Shown one piece after another: positions 1 to 12,848 of a stretch of 64,000 bases of DNA; the stretch's first letter is position 1, and each line of letters opens with the position of its first letter. The stretch spans positions 179,862,001 through 179,926,000 of the forward strand of contig NC_042998.1 of assembly GCF_006345805.1 (NCBI RefSeq), in the 5' to 3' direction. Below the pieces are notes generated by a model. That model saw nothing but the letters and a program-made list of their open reading frames with translations, did not search any database and was not told where the DNA came from. The DNA comes from Octopus sinensis. Lineage: Eukaryota. A program made the translations under genes and the position numbers.

Positions 1-199
1 TACTTGTTTCTGGAAACAGCCTAGGCGCAGCTCAGGTGGTGAAGCTACTTGTCTCTGCAATGCATACATGCATATATACATGCATGCACGCATACATAAA
101 TACAGACACGTACACACACATTATTACACATACATACACGCACACCACACATACAGACACACATACATACATATACATACATACATACATATACACACG

Positions 200-565
200 T
201 ACATACATGTATGGTGGCTGCCCCCTCGTTATCGAGTACGGCCTGTGCAGGTAGCTTAATCAATGTTGTTATCGTGCAATGCCTGTGCAAGAAGATTTTT
301 GTTTTAAGTGAGGAAAGGCTGTGCACTGAGTCAATCTCAATCACTAAGCAACAGAAGCCATAATCCGAAAAGAAAAACAAGTCAACATCATCGGTAACCA
401 CTGAGCGGCAGGTTTTATGTCGGAGTTATCCCAGTTACCCGAATTACCTTCTCCTAGAAGGATGCCCTAACAAAGGCTAGGAGTCCTTCACTCCTAATGG
501 TTTAACCGCGCGATCGGGTATTCAGTCCGATTATTTCTATGTACCCGCGCATGATATAGCCCTAT
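200..565 (-). mobile_element. Possible LINE 5' region fragment (RTE-like), unclassified
   Basis: Complex GC-richer block between CA/CATA microsatellites. The motif ccttctcctagaaggatgccctaacaaaggct resembles, from memory only, the reversed 5' region of RTE-type LINEs. No protein motif found. Confidence 0.25.
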
Positions 566-928
566 ACACACACACACACACATACATACATACATATACC
601 CACATACATACATACATACATACATACATACATACATACATACATACATACATACATACATACATAATTGTCATGGTTATCAATTATATCGTCTTTCCCT
701 TTTGTCTTCTTAATGATTTATTATATATTGTCCTATACTCGTTTATTACTGTACTTAGGTTCTCCTCCTCCTCCTTCTCCTCCTCCTTCTTCTTTTTCTT
801 CTTCTTCTTTTTCTTCTCCTCCTCCTCCTTCTTCTTTCCTACATGTGTGTTTATGTATGCATATGTGTGTCTGTGTTTGTGTTTTCGTGTGTGTGTGTGT
901 GTGTGTGTGCATGTGCGTGCTTGAGAAG

Positions 929-960
<32 letters not shown>
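561..960. repeat. (CA)n/(CATA)n followed by (CTT/CCT)n, (GT)n and (GA)n microsatellites
   Basis: Read directly from the sequence. Confidence 0.95.
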
Positions 961-1590
961 AAAAGAGAGAGTTCGTTTTCTTTTAGGCCCACATTTGTAA
1001 TCTAGAATTGAATTATTTCTATAATTATACACAAATTGAATTATGTATGTATGCACGCACACACACACACATTTATGTATGTCTATATATATGCACGTAC
1101 ATACATATATGTATTTATAAAATTATTAATAAGCAAATTACATAAATGCACATAAGTAATTACTTCTGTCCTTCGTTTATTGCAGCTTCAACTTTATAAG
1201 CTTTGCAGAGCATCTCAGGTTCCAATCATCGGAAATGAAAGCATCATCAAATATATGTGTAAATACACGATGATGTAAACAATGCCAAATTCTAATTAAT
1301 TCGTTATAATTAAGTGCGTAGTAAATTAGACAGAGGTTGAAAAATCTATGTTTGCATTTGTTAAAGTGCATTTGTGTTATATACACGTATGTATGTATGT
1401 ATCTGAGAGTGTGTTTTCTTTTGATGCTAGTTATTTGTCTTGAAACTGGTTACATTCATAGAGATGCAACCAATACCATTCCCAGTCGGAGGAGGAGAAA
1501 TCTTAATATATCTTGGTTTTATTTACTCCTGATGACGCAACTATAGACCATGAAGTGTCAAGTTTTTAGTTGAATGTTCATAAAAATCTA

Positions 1591-1808
1591 CGAAGGCGTG
1601 CTGAAAAGTTCTTAGCTTTTAAGGTCTCGTGAAAGGCCTGGCTGGAGGGATCAACGTTCCGAGTTCTTTTACGGGGCTTAGAAAACCTGAAGGATCGCTG
1701 CAATAAGTGTGTGAATCTAAGAGGGGAATATGTTAAATAAAATCATAATTAACTGATCCTCCTGTGTTTTCTTTTACCCGAAGCTAGAAACTTTTCAGCA
1801 TCCCTTCA
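1591..1808 (+). mobile_element. Tc1/mariner-derived MITE, copy 1
   Basis: TA|cgaaggcgtgctgaaaagtt ... aacttttcagcatcccttca|TA, i.e. imperfect TIRs with a TA TSD. The interior encodes GLENLKDRCNKCVNLRGEYVK*, a mariner transposase C-terminus. Confidence 0.85.
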
Positions 1809-1860
1809 TAATACATACATACATACATACATACATAATATATACATACATACATACATA

Positions 1861-2063
1861 TGAGAGGGTGCTAAAAAGTTCTTGGCTTTAGGGGTATTGT
1901 GAAAAGCCTGGCTGGAGGCTCAATGTTCCGAGTTCTTTTTCAGGGCTTAAAAAAACTGAAGGACCAGTGCAATAAGTGTGTGAATCTTAGAGGGAAATAT
2001 GTGGAATAAAACAATCCTGTATTTTCTTTTACTCAAAGTCAGGAACCTTTCAATACTCCCTCG
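1861..2063 (+). mobile_element. Tc1/mariner-derived MITE, copy 2
   Basis: Paralogous to 1591-1808, with TA flanks and the same transposase C-terminal remnant. Confidence 0.85.
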
Positions 2064-2072
2064 TAAATCTGC

Positions 2073-2125
<53 letters not shown>

Positions 2126-2224
2126 TAATAATACATTTCTGTCTTAATATTTGTAGCATATTCATAGGTGAATACCTGATTGCTGGTGTTTTTCCTCATC
2201 GAAGAACACCTCCACCCTTTAAAC

Positions 2225-2475
2225 CAATAGTTTTCAACTGGGATCCATATAGCCTTTTGGGGCCCATATAAGATTTTGGTATCAAAATGTATTGCACATA
2301 AATTGCTTATATTTCTACAACATGCAAAATATATTAATGTTTTTACACAGTTCCTAAAATTTAATTATATAAATACAACAGGGTTTTTAATACATTGAAT
2401 ATCAATAGAGGTTCAGTAGAGTAAAATAGAAATTAAAGGGGTCCATAGTTTTAAAAAAATGGTTGAGGACTACTA
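2225..2475. mobile_element. hAT-type MITE
   Basis: Degenerate TIRs caatagttttcaac / gttgaggactacta, ggggtccat subterminal motifs, and an 8-bp TSD ctttaaac / ctttatac (7/8). Confidence 0.7.
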
Positions 2476-2966
2476 CTTTATACGATGTGTGTTTATAAAA
2501 CACGCAATTATATATATTTTAAAGGAGAAGGAAAAATAAAACTCTCTGCAACGTAAGATACAGTTACATAGTTTATTAATAGAATCTTTCCACGAGATCT
2601 CATTCGTTTCGTTGGCAGACGAACTTGTCATGGAGAGAACTTGCTGATTTGCAAAACGCAATCAGACTCCATATGGCATAGTTCATGCAACCTCAAGGAA
2701 AATAAGTGCTATCAAAAGCAAAGACAAAAACAAAAAAGACCTGTTGCCCGGTTGCTCTTTGATTTAGATCTGGAGTTTGTTTGTAATCAATAATCAGAAT
2801 TTTGGCAAAGTACGTAATAACGCCAGGAATAATCTCGCCAATAAAATTTTATATGAACAACACCTGATTTTGTTGAGTGATGACGTCACTACAGATCTGT
2901 CCAATTTGATTTCTTCCATTTCTTCTGGAGCCTAGGAAAAAGACCAGCTCCGAAGAAATGATAGAC

Positions 2967-3289
2967 CAGGGTTCTCAACCTTTCGATTACTATTTCATTC
3001 TGCTGCATCTCCACAGCCATACTATGTTTAAAAACTAGTTTTGTTGAAACTTCTTTCGAAATGCCTTTTCATCCATTAACTTGTGTGGGTTGAAGTATGT
3101 AAAATGTTTGAAAAAGAAACTTAGCTGTTTCTTGCAAAACATACTAATACATACATCTAAATCAAATTTTTTTCAGGGTCCCTTAAAATTCTGTTGTGGT
3201 TTCCCAAATTTACTATTTTGTTGTGTGGACACCGCAAAATCTTATATGGACCCTCAACGGCCGTATAGACCCCCAGATGAGAACCACTG
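2967..3289. mobile_element. hAT-type MITE
   Basis: TIRs cagggttctcaacc / gatgagaaccactg, 8-bp TSD tgatagac / agatagac (7/8). Shares the aaatcttatatggacc motif (reverse complement) with 2225-2475. Confidence 0.75.
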
Positions 3290-4364
3290 AGATAGACAGA
3301 AAGACTAAATGCCAGGAGGCTTGAGGCATAACGTCAATCAAATTCTTGTATTCGGCAAGGTTCTCCATAGCTGCAACTGTCAAATGATGTATTGTGAAAC
3401 GAAATGACTATACTAACACTAACATTCTCTCCACTTTCGCAGGAACACTCTATCTTTTCTGTGAATGCACACGCTCCTACTCTGAATAGAACTTTTTGAC
3501 GTTACTCTGTTTTGTCCTTCTTTAGACCGTCGTGACCTGCACACGCTTTTAATAATAAACATGCGATAAATTGAAAACGACCTCAACCATCCAACTTTTC
3601 ATTTATCCCTTTTATCTCACTGTTCACAATCCAAGGGCAGTGTTAGTAGATGCCTAATGTTTCAATTTAGATAAATTTCATACTTTTGAACATAGATTTT
3701 TAGGAAGCTAATGGTGAGAAGCTTGTGAGACGGAAAGATCATGGAGGTACAGTGAAAAGAGAGATATCTTATATGAAAGAGGCCGTGGGAGGACTTAAAA
3801 GACAAATTAGCTAAAACTTCCGGCTTCTACTCCCAAACCGGAAGTTACGTAGCCATATGTAAACAAAAAACCCAGTGGATGGTATTAGGTGGGTTACATG
3901 TCTTCGAACAAGAGAAGGCGACCGAGTGAACATTATCCGACACGTTGAAGATATTTGATGAATTAGATGCAGCATATTGCCAGCCGCATATACAAGATCG
4001 TTTTGATGGTAATAGTACCAGCATCCTAAATAAACACAAGATGCAACGGTTATAAAATAGGAGTGATTTGCGAGGCAGTTGCAATGGGAAGTGGGTGTGA
4101 AGATCTCAAAAGCTGTCATTTGATGTATGTAAGAGATATCAAAAGATAAAAAGTAACGAGTAAACACGCAAATGTAAATGTTGTATGCGTAAATTGTGGA
4201 AGAAAGAAAGACCCAAACGATCGGCAGGACTAGACGATGCAACCATCGGAGAAACATAAAGAAATGGGGGAAGTGGAAGGGGAAAAATCAATAAATGGCT
4301 AGGTATTGGATCAGAAAATCTATAAAAGTAATAATACATTTAATGGCTTCTGTACATATACGCT

Positions 4365-4880
<516 letters not shown>

Positions 4881-5355
4881 TCTATAAGTATCTATTTATA
4901 TATGCATTCCTGTACGTACGTATGTACCTATGTATGTATATATGTATATCTACATGTAAGTATGAGCTTTTGCATATGATACATATAAACATGTTTTAAG
5001 GATGCTCTAAATTTAAAATATGTTTCGTTCTCGATTATTTTCTCTGAGTGTTAATTTCAATTTCGTAAATTTTACGATAAATGCAAATCCGTCGTACTTT
5101 TACATTCGCATATATTAGTGCAGTATGCCTTGTATTTGGGAACAGAACACAGGCAACAGGAAAGGAAAGTTAAAAAAAGAAAGAAACGAGGGAAATGTAA
5201 ATAGAGAATTAATCATATTTCCTTTATGGATAAAAATGAAGCCAAAGGATTAACCTTTTGCCTATCCAAAGCATTTCCATAAGTTTGTCCGAAGCGTCCA
5301 TGTTTGTTTTCAGTCTCTTAGCCTTTGTTTCATACGTTTTTTTTTCATTTATTCA

Positions 5356-5741
5356 TTTACTTGTTTCAGTCATTTGACAGCGGCCATGCTGGAGCACCGC
5401 CTTTAGTCGAGGAAATCGACCCCAGGACTTATTCTTTGTAAGCCTAGTACCTATTCTATCAGTCTCTTTTGCCGAAGCGCTAAGTTACGGGGACGTAAAC
5501 ACAACAGCATCGGTTGTCAAGCGCTGTTGAGGGAGAGTGGCAAACACAACACACAAACATACACATATATATATATACATATATGACGGGCCTCTTTCAG
5601 TTTCCGTCTACCAAATCCACTCACAAGGCTTCGGTCGGCCCAAGGCTATAGCAGAAGACACTTGCCCAAGGTGCAACGCAGTGGGACTGAACCCGGAACC
5701 ATGCGGTTCGTAAGCAAGCTACTTACCACACAGCCACTCCT
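5356..5741 (-). mobile_element. SINE C (tRNA head, CORE-like ccttgggcaagtg motif, internal TA/CA microsatellite)
   Basis: Reverse complement begins aggagtggctgtgtggtaagtag, with B-box-like gggttcagtccc. Tail is ggcggtgctccagcatgg...gactgaaacaagta. Paralogous to other copies in the window. Confidence 0.85.
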
Positions 5742-6322
5742 ACGTTCTGAGTCATATATAACTTTCCCTTCATAAATCTCAAGTTAGTCTGATGGTGGAA
5801 AACAAAATGAGAATATGTATCATATATGATGCATGGATGGACTCCAGAGAAATATGTCCTGTGTATCACATGTAATACACAGGACAAGCAAAGGGTTTTA
5901 CTGGACCAAATTTTGAAAGACGAAGATCGATGTCGGAAAGGTAGACAACTCAGGCTGACAAACTTTCAGTGGAGTAACGAAACGGTTGTGACAAAAAGAA
6001 AAAAAAGTCATTGTTTATATTATTTTCAAAAGCCGGGAATAGATTTAACTGTTCAAAGGACGAAGTGTGTGAAAAGAACAACAATGTCATAGAGTAGGTG
6101 TTTACACAGTCAATCCCGAAAGATAAAGTTGATATCGTTAGAGGTGAGTAGGAAGTGATGTAAAAATGTCTACACTTAGGTGAACCGTGTATAAACAGTC
6201 AGCTTTCTCCGCTAAGAGACCATCCAGTGCAAGAGACAGTGCGAAATGAATGTGATTGGATACCTTAAATTGGTAGGTCTGGTAGAATCCGGAAGTATTG
6301 CTACACTTTTTGTATTTACCAG

Positions 6323-6375
6323 TTGAGAAAGATTGGAGAAATACGGAAAATTATTTCCAGAGTCAACTAACAATG
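6323..6375 (+). other. Candidate 53-bp micro-exon of an unknown host gene
   Basis: Acceptor ctttttgtatttaccag| and donor atg|gtaagt. One open frame ([17 protein letters not shown]). No homology recognised. Confidence 0.2.
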
Positions 6376-6575
6376 GTAAGTGACAGTATAACAGAAAGGT
6401 AGATACATATACACAAGTGCATGCACACACATACACACACACACAGATGCACGCACACTGACACACACACACATGGACACACGCACGCACACTGACACAC
6501 ACACGCACACACACATGCACAGACGCACGCACACACACTGACACACACACAAGTACGCGCACACACGCACGCACG

Positions 6576-6621
<46 letters not shown>

Positions 6622-6861
6622 CGTTAGCACACCGGACAATGTGCTTAGCAGCATTTCTTTCGGCTCTCTACGCCCTGGGTTCTGCCGAGGTCGACTTTGC
6701 TATTGATTAAATCAAGATCGGTAAAATAAAGTACCAATAAACTACTGATTAATACAATCAACTAAAAATTTCTCTAAAATTGCTGGCCGCGCGCCAAAAT
6801 TTGACGTCATTATTATTAACTGACATATTCGAACTAGTGTCTTCTTTTCTTATATATAAAA

Positions 6862-7373
6862 CTAGCAGTATCGCCCGGCGTTGCTCGGGTTTGTAAGGGA
6901 AATAACTATAACTATATAAGCATTTTTAGAGAGTTACTTCCCTTATAAATTCGGGCTTTCTTAGCCATTTTTGTTTTGGTGTCTTCAAGCCATGAAGTCG
7001 TTGTTCTAAAAGAACGCTGGTCTCCTTCACAACGCATTACGACGTTGATTTCTTTACACTCCCTTCCCCACAGCTTCACGAGGGAGGGAAGGGGGAGAAG
7101 CAAACAGGTGCAGGTGTGAGCGTGGACGCCAACTCCACCGCCATCGACACACGATGCATTTTATGCATTAAAATGGAATAAAAAATGATGTTAAATTATT
7201 TTAAAAATCGTAGACTCATCGTAGACGCGCGCTAATACTCAGACGGGCTCGATATGAATCACGACTATAAGATACCCGAATTTGGTTAAACTGCACCGCA
7301 AAATGTGGGAGGAGTTAGGAATCTAAATCGTAGGGGACAGACACTCACACAACTACAGTTTTATATATATAGA
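6862..7373 (-). mobile_element. Non-autonomous Helitron with intact ends
   Basis: Minus strand: A|TCtatatatataaaac at the 5' end. The 3' hairpin cccgagcaacgccggg (6874-6889) lies about 10 nt before CTAG|T. No TSD. Confidence 0.9.
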
Positions 7374-7451
7374 TATACCGGTATGTGTTCGCTTTTCACG
7401 CGAAAACGGCTGCACGAAGTGGTCCATACTTGGGAGTGCATGAATAAATTG

Positions 7452-7887
7452 GGATCTTTTCGGTTTGAACGGCAGTTTTTTCTAGCGGTGTCATATGAAA
7501 TTGCCACCCATAATTATGACCCTAGTATCGACCTATTGCATTTCAATCTGTTTTAGGGTTAGGGTTAGTTAGGGTTAGGGTTAGGGTTAGGGTTAGGGTG
7601 GGGGAAGGGTATCTTTTTTTCTTCACAATAAACCCAATCTGTTTCTTAAACGAGGGACATATTCATACGGCACCGAATGTTTTCTACCTCAATAGACGTC
7701 AGTGATTGGTTGAAATTGCAGAAATTGAAGAAAAGAAACAACAAATATCTTACAAACTGTAGAATTTTCTCAATAAAGCCAAGAGAAAAAGATGTTTTAT
7801 AAACACATTCTATCAGTATACGAAGTTTAAAATTTTTTAGTTACCTAGAAATTATGTTAAAAACTGCCGTTCAAACCGAAAAGATCC
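7452..7887. mobile_element. MITE with 29-bp TIRs, 8-bp TSD and internal (TTAGGG)n (Merlin/MuDR-like termini)
   Basis: Perfect TIR ggatcttttcggtttgaacggcagttttt (7452-7480 / 7859-7887). TSD ataaattg (7444-7451 / 7888-7895). TTAGGG run at 7553-7598. Confidence 0.9.
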
Positions 7888-8292
7888 ATAAATTGACCTG
7901 GGATAAAATAATTTGGTCTTGATTTATTTTTTTATAAAGAATATATAATATTACTTTATGTAAGATTAACTTCTGTAAAAAGATCTTTCAATGTCAACTT
8001 CCGGTACTGATGTAACAACTGCAGTTAACTAGACACACACACGCACACACATGTATATACACAATACGCCATTATGTATACAATATGCCGTTGATGAATA
8101 TTCACATTTTAACCGCTTCTATTTCATTTCAGTCACACTGTTCTTTGAATTCTTGGGAGAAATACATCAACGTCACAGCTACCTACGTATTTTTAGCTTG
8201 AAAATCTTACTCTTCACGTTACCCATAAAAACATTTTGTGTGTGTTGGAACTACGTTCTTTTTTTTGTCTTTCTTCTAATGGTTCCTGTTAC

Positions 8293-8495
<203 letters not shown>

Positions 8496-8512
8496 AACTA
8501 TCTAGTTATATG

Positions 8513-9635
8513 TGTGTTCGCTTTTCACACGAAAACGGCTGCACGAATTAGTACCATAATTGGAGTGCAGGAATAATTTGACCCGAGACACAATAATATG
8601 GTTTTGATTTATTTTTTATTAAAAATAAATAATATTGCTTTACTAAATGTACTTTTTCTCACTCCTCTCCCTTCTTTACTCTCTCTCTCTGTTTCACTTC
8701 CCTGTCTTTCTTCCTCACTATCAACAACTCAGTTTCTTTTGATTTTACAAATATCTTTAAAATATCTTTACAAATATTTTTAAAATTTGGGAGGCGCATT
8801 CCCTATCTAACTTTTCACTGTACTTCCTCTTTTCTACCTCTTACTCTAACATTCTCTTTTCATTCTGTCAAGCGTTTACCGCGGTACCAAAAAAATTATT
8901 TCAGCTACTTTCATAGTCTACAATCTTCTGTACCGGTGTATTTGTATATCCGTAAATAACCATGCCTAGAAGTAATGTGTCAAATTTGTTTCCAGTGTCA
9001 AGGTCAGCCAAAAGAATGCCTCTGTCGATGGAAAGTGAGACAGCTGAAAAAAGGGAAAGCACGCCATGAAAGAAACAGACTGTGCACTACAGCAGCCAGA
9101 GCATCTGAGAATGATGAAACAAGATTTATGCGTCAAAAAAAAACAACAAAAAAATCGAAAAAACTCAGCTGAGTACTGGTGCTGCCTGAGCATCTCAAAG
9201 TGCTGAACAGAGTTATGCCCGCCTGACAAGGAATAGGATCTCCACTGAAGAAGGAAGAGCAGTTACAACAGTTCAGAGAAGCATCTTCAATAGAGCAGTT
9301 TTCAACTATGATCCAGCAGTGAATTATGCAGATGACTTTAAAGTTTGCCATTGATGTAATGATAACTGAATGCATAGACTGTAAAGCAAGGAAGTGACCT
9401 GGAGACATACCTGAGCTATGCTGTTGCGATGGAAGGGTTAAACTCGCTGCAATGCCCCAACCTCCAGAGCCATTGAAGAATCTACAATCATCAACTGACC
9501 AAGATTCTTAGCACTTCCAAAACAAAATTCGACAATACAACGCTGCACTACAGATAGCATCATTTGGAGTCACAAGAGAAATAACTGAGTCAGGATTCAT
9601 ACAGACTTTGAAGATCCAAGAGCAGATTTATCATC
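8513..9635 (+). mobile_element. Helitron 5' portion with degenerate Rep N-terminal coding sequence
   Basis: Translations ARASENDETRFMRQ, CCDGRVKLAAMPQPPEPLKNL and HFQNKIRQYNAALQIASFG...LKIQEQIYHR match the conserved N-terminal region of Helitron RepHel proteins. Stops and frameshifts present. Confidence 0.8.
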
Positions 9636-10874
9636 GGACAAACATCAGGAAATGAATCCATGTTTTGCATGTGGAGGTATACACCTGAGGAAAGATAGTC
9701 CATTTAAAAAATCGGAGTGCTTTCGTTGTGGAAATATAGGACATATAAAGAAGCACTGTAGAACAACGATGAGAAAAAAAGATCAGAACAAAAAAAAGAA
9801 TAAATAATATGCCATCGGAAGAATTTGAATTATAACGATGAGGAACTTCGTGAAGGTGAAAATCAGAAATACAAGTGTTAAAATGCAATTGGACACTGGT
9901 AGTGATATTACCATTATAAACGAAGAAAACATGGAAATATGTCGGTAAGCCGAAATTAATTAAATCGAAAAAGATAACACATGGTGTTACGAGAAAAGAT
10001 TATATTTTTTCGGTGAATTCATATGCCATGTAACATTTCAATGTCAAACAAAAAAAGGCAAAGTTCACTTAATTTATTCGGCTCTGAGTGGCTGGAACTG
10101 TTGAAGGTATGGAATACACCCATAAGTGTTTTGTGTGGAAATAGAGTCGGTTCAGTCGAATGTTGAAATGCGGCTGAGGAACTGAAACAAAAAAAATGCA
10201 GTAAGATAGAGTGGAACATAAGCCAAAACGAAATGAAAAATTGCCCACGATAAAATGTAAACATTGTTCAAAATTAGATGTTCCGTAGTCGAGACTACAC
10301 ATCGATTTTGCTGGTTCTTCAAATGGTTCTTACTACTTAGTGGTGATTGATAGTTTCTCAAAATGGCTTGAAATTTATAAGTGTGAAAAACCAGCCTCCT
10401 CAATTGTGATGAATTTCTCATACGAATTGTTTGCGAAATTTGGCGTTCTAGACAAAATAGTGTGTGATAATGGGACGCAATTTATGTCTAGCGAATTTTA
10501 AAAACGCTCGCGGTAGAACATATAACTACGGCGCCATACCATCCCAGATCTAATGGACAGGCAGAATATTTTGCCCTCAGAAAATTGAATAAGGAAAGCA
10601 CAGATGAGGTAGCTCTACAACAATTTGTAAGTGCGTACCGTGTGACACCAAATGCGAATACACCGGCAGGTACCTCAACAGCGGAGCTGATGTTTGCAAA
10701 GAAAGTAAAATCAGTCTTTGATAAATTGCTATATAGCAAGAAAAGAAAAAAGGGCCAGGGAAGACATAGCAATATTCTTTAAAATTGGTGAAAAGGTGTA
10801 TGTGAGGATATACAAGAATGGAAAGCAGAGTTGGGAAGATGGTGTAATTACGAAATGCATAGGTAAAATGATAT

Positions 10875-11257
10875 GGAAGCACTCCGTCGGTTACAACGAC
10901 GAGGGTTCCGGTTGATCCGATCAACGGAACAGCCTGCTCGTGAAATTAACGTGTAAGTGGCTGAGCATTCCACAGACACGTGTACCCTTAACGTAGTTCT
11001 CGGGGATATTCAGCGTGACACAGAGAGTGACAAGGCCGGCCCTTTGAAATACAGGTACAACAGAAACAGGAAGTAAGAGTGAGAGAAAGTTGTGGTGAAA
11101 GAGTACAGCAGGGATCACCATCATCCCTGCCGGAGCCTCGTGGAACTTTTAGGTGTTTTCGCTCAATAAACACTCACAACGTCCGGTCTGGGAATCGAAA
11201 CCGCGATCCTACGACCGCGAGTCCGCTGCCCTAACCACTGGGCCATTGCGCCTCCAC
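10875..11257 (-). mobile_element. SINE B, full length, inserted in the Gypsy integrase
   Basis: tRNA head with A-box tggcccagtgg and B-box ggtttcgattcc. TSD aaaatgatat (10865-10874 / 11258-11267). The integrase frame GKMI|YWVK resumes across it. Confidence 0.95.
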
Positions 11258-11760
11258 AAAATGATATATTGGGTAAAGAGTAGAAAAGGCATACAAAAGA
11301 GACAAAGGAACCAACTGAAAAAGGGATTCGTGGAAAGTGAACCAAAGAAGTTAGAGGAACTGATGGAATTGTTGTACGATACGTTCCAAGTACCAACGCC
11401 ATTGCAGGTGATTGAACCCAGGCATACAAGTGAGAGGAAAAGAAAACATACAGAGTTCCAGAAAATAGATGCCAAGCGAAAAAAATATTTAATTGTACGG
11501 AAAAAAACTAAAAAAAAAGGTAAGTGGGGAGAATTAAAAAATTAATGCTAAATAAAATGACACTTCTTAAAAAAAACTTAGAAGGGGAGATGTTATAGGG
11601 AATTAGTAATAATGATACGCTCCTCCCACGTGACGGATGGAATAACCTAGTCACTATAAGTAAAGAGAAGTACGTGAAGTACCAGAGTACGTTGTAGACT
11701 GTTTTTTCTGGTTAGAATCCTTGTGATTCCGTAGAAGTAAGTGGTGTTATAATTGTTATA

Positions 11761-11996
11761 AATGAAGGCGGCGAGCTGGCAGAAACGTTAGCGCGCCGGG
11801 CGAAATGCTTAGCGGTATTTCGTCTGCCGTTACGTTCTGAGTTCAAATTCCGCCGAGGTCGACTTTGCCTTTCATCCTTTCGGGGTCGATTAAATAAGTA
11901 CAGCTACGCACTGGGGTCGATATGATCGACTTAATCCGTTTGTCTGTCTTTGTTTGTCCTCTCTGTGTTTAGTCCCTTGTGTGTAGTAAAGAAATA
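11761..11996 (+). mobile_element. SINE A1
   Basis: Head ggcggcgagctggcagaa, B-box gagttcaaattcc, and a central gaggtcgactttgcctttcatcctttcggggtcga (Meta-domain-like, from memory). 18-bp TSD with 1 mismatch (11743-11760 / 11997-12014). Confidence 0.9.
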
Positions 11997-12137
11997 GGTG
12001 TTATAATAGTTATAGTATATGTTGAAGGTCTCCCCTCGTGGGTGTACCTATGATTGTTGATTGTTGAAATTACTGTTACTGTTGTTTGCATACGATATTG
12101 TTGAATTGTGTTTGTTTTCGTCCGATTTATGGGATAA

Positions 12138-12848
12138 ATGGAACAAGTACCAGCAGGAAGCCACAGTTATGCGGCAGCAACTGGCAAAGGCGTGGGCTCT
12201 GAAGCTTTGGCGGTTCGTGAGGTGAAGGTTGAGCCGAGGAAGCTGAAAGAGTATGAAAAGTTGTTGAAAAAGGAAGGCAATACCTTGAAATTGACGCCAC
12301 CAGACGAACTAACGAATAGTGTGACAATAAGAACGGTCATATATAAAATACTGAAGATGTCATCTAGGAAAATCGAAATAGCAACCATCGAAGCTATTGA
12401 AGAGTGCTTAAAGGGAATTAAAAAGTTCACCACTTTTATCACAGGAGGAAAAAAGTATGGCACAGTAGAGGTGCGATACGAAGCGATAAAGCATTCCACT
12501 GAAACCATAAAAACGGAAAAATGGGTACTTTTGCCAACGTACTGTGGCAAGCGTGTTGCCAGGGTGAGAGTGGGTAAAGTACCCCCAGAAATAAAAGAAA
12601 CATGGTTGATAGCAGCAATAATGTTCAACATGGAAGTGGATGCAAAAATGCTGAGAGGGACGAGGACCAAAAGGTTATATTCATGGGGTTTTGGCATAGA
12701 GATGGCCAGACAAGCGAGTGTAAATGACCTAAACAGGATTGCAGAGGAAATAGTTTTACCTGAGGATGTGAGGCTGAGAGTGGTAGTGGAGGATAGACCT
12801 CCCATGTGCTACCTATGTGGAGAGAAAGGCTATATGAAGGTGAGGTAG
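12138..12848 (+). pseudogene. LINE ORF1 (gag-like, RRM-like region and degenerate CCHC knuckle)
   Basis: SYAAA motif and LPTYCGKRVARVRVGKVPPEI. VVVEDRPPMCYLCGEKGYMKVR* has exact C-x2-C-x4-H-x4-C spacing, with H changed to Y and the last C changed to stop. Confidence 0.75.

Noticed and set aside
3415-3500. Strong branch point and acceptor (ctaac...tttcgcag)
   Set aside because: All three frames stop within ~60 bp and no donor was found.
7553-7598. TTAGGG run as a telomere or chromosome fusion site
   Set aside because: It is short and lies inside a TIR/TSD-bounded MITE.
10875-11257. tRNA-like sequences at SINE heads
   Set aside because: They are embedded in ~250-390-bp TSD-flanked SINEs and lack full cloverleaf acceptor stems; not tRNA genes.
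12167-12805. 212-aa minus-strand ORF
   Set aside because: It is the antisense shadow of the LINE ORF1.
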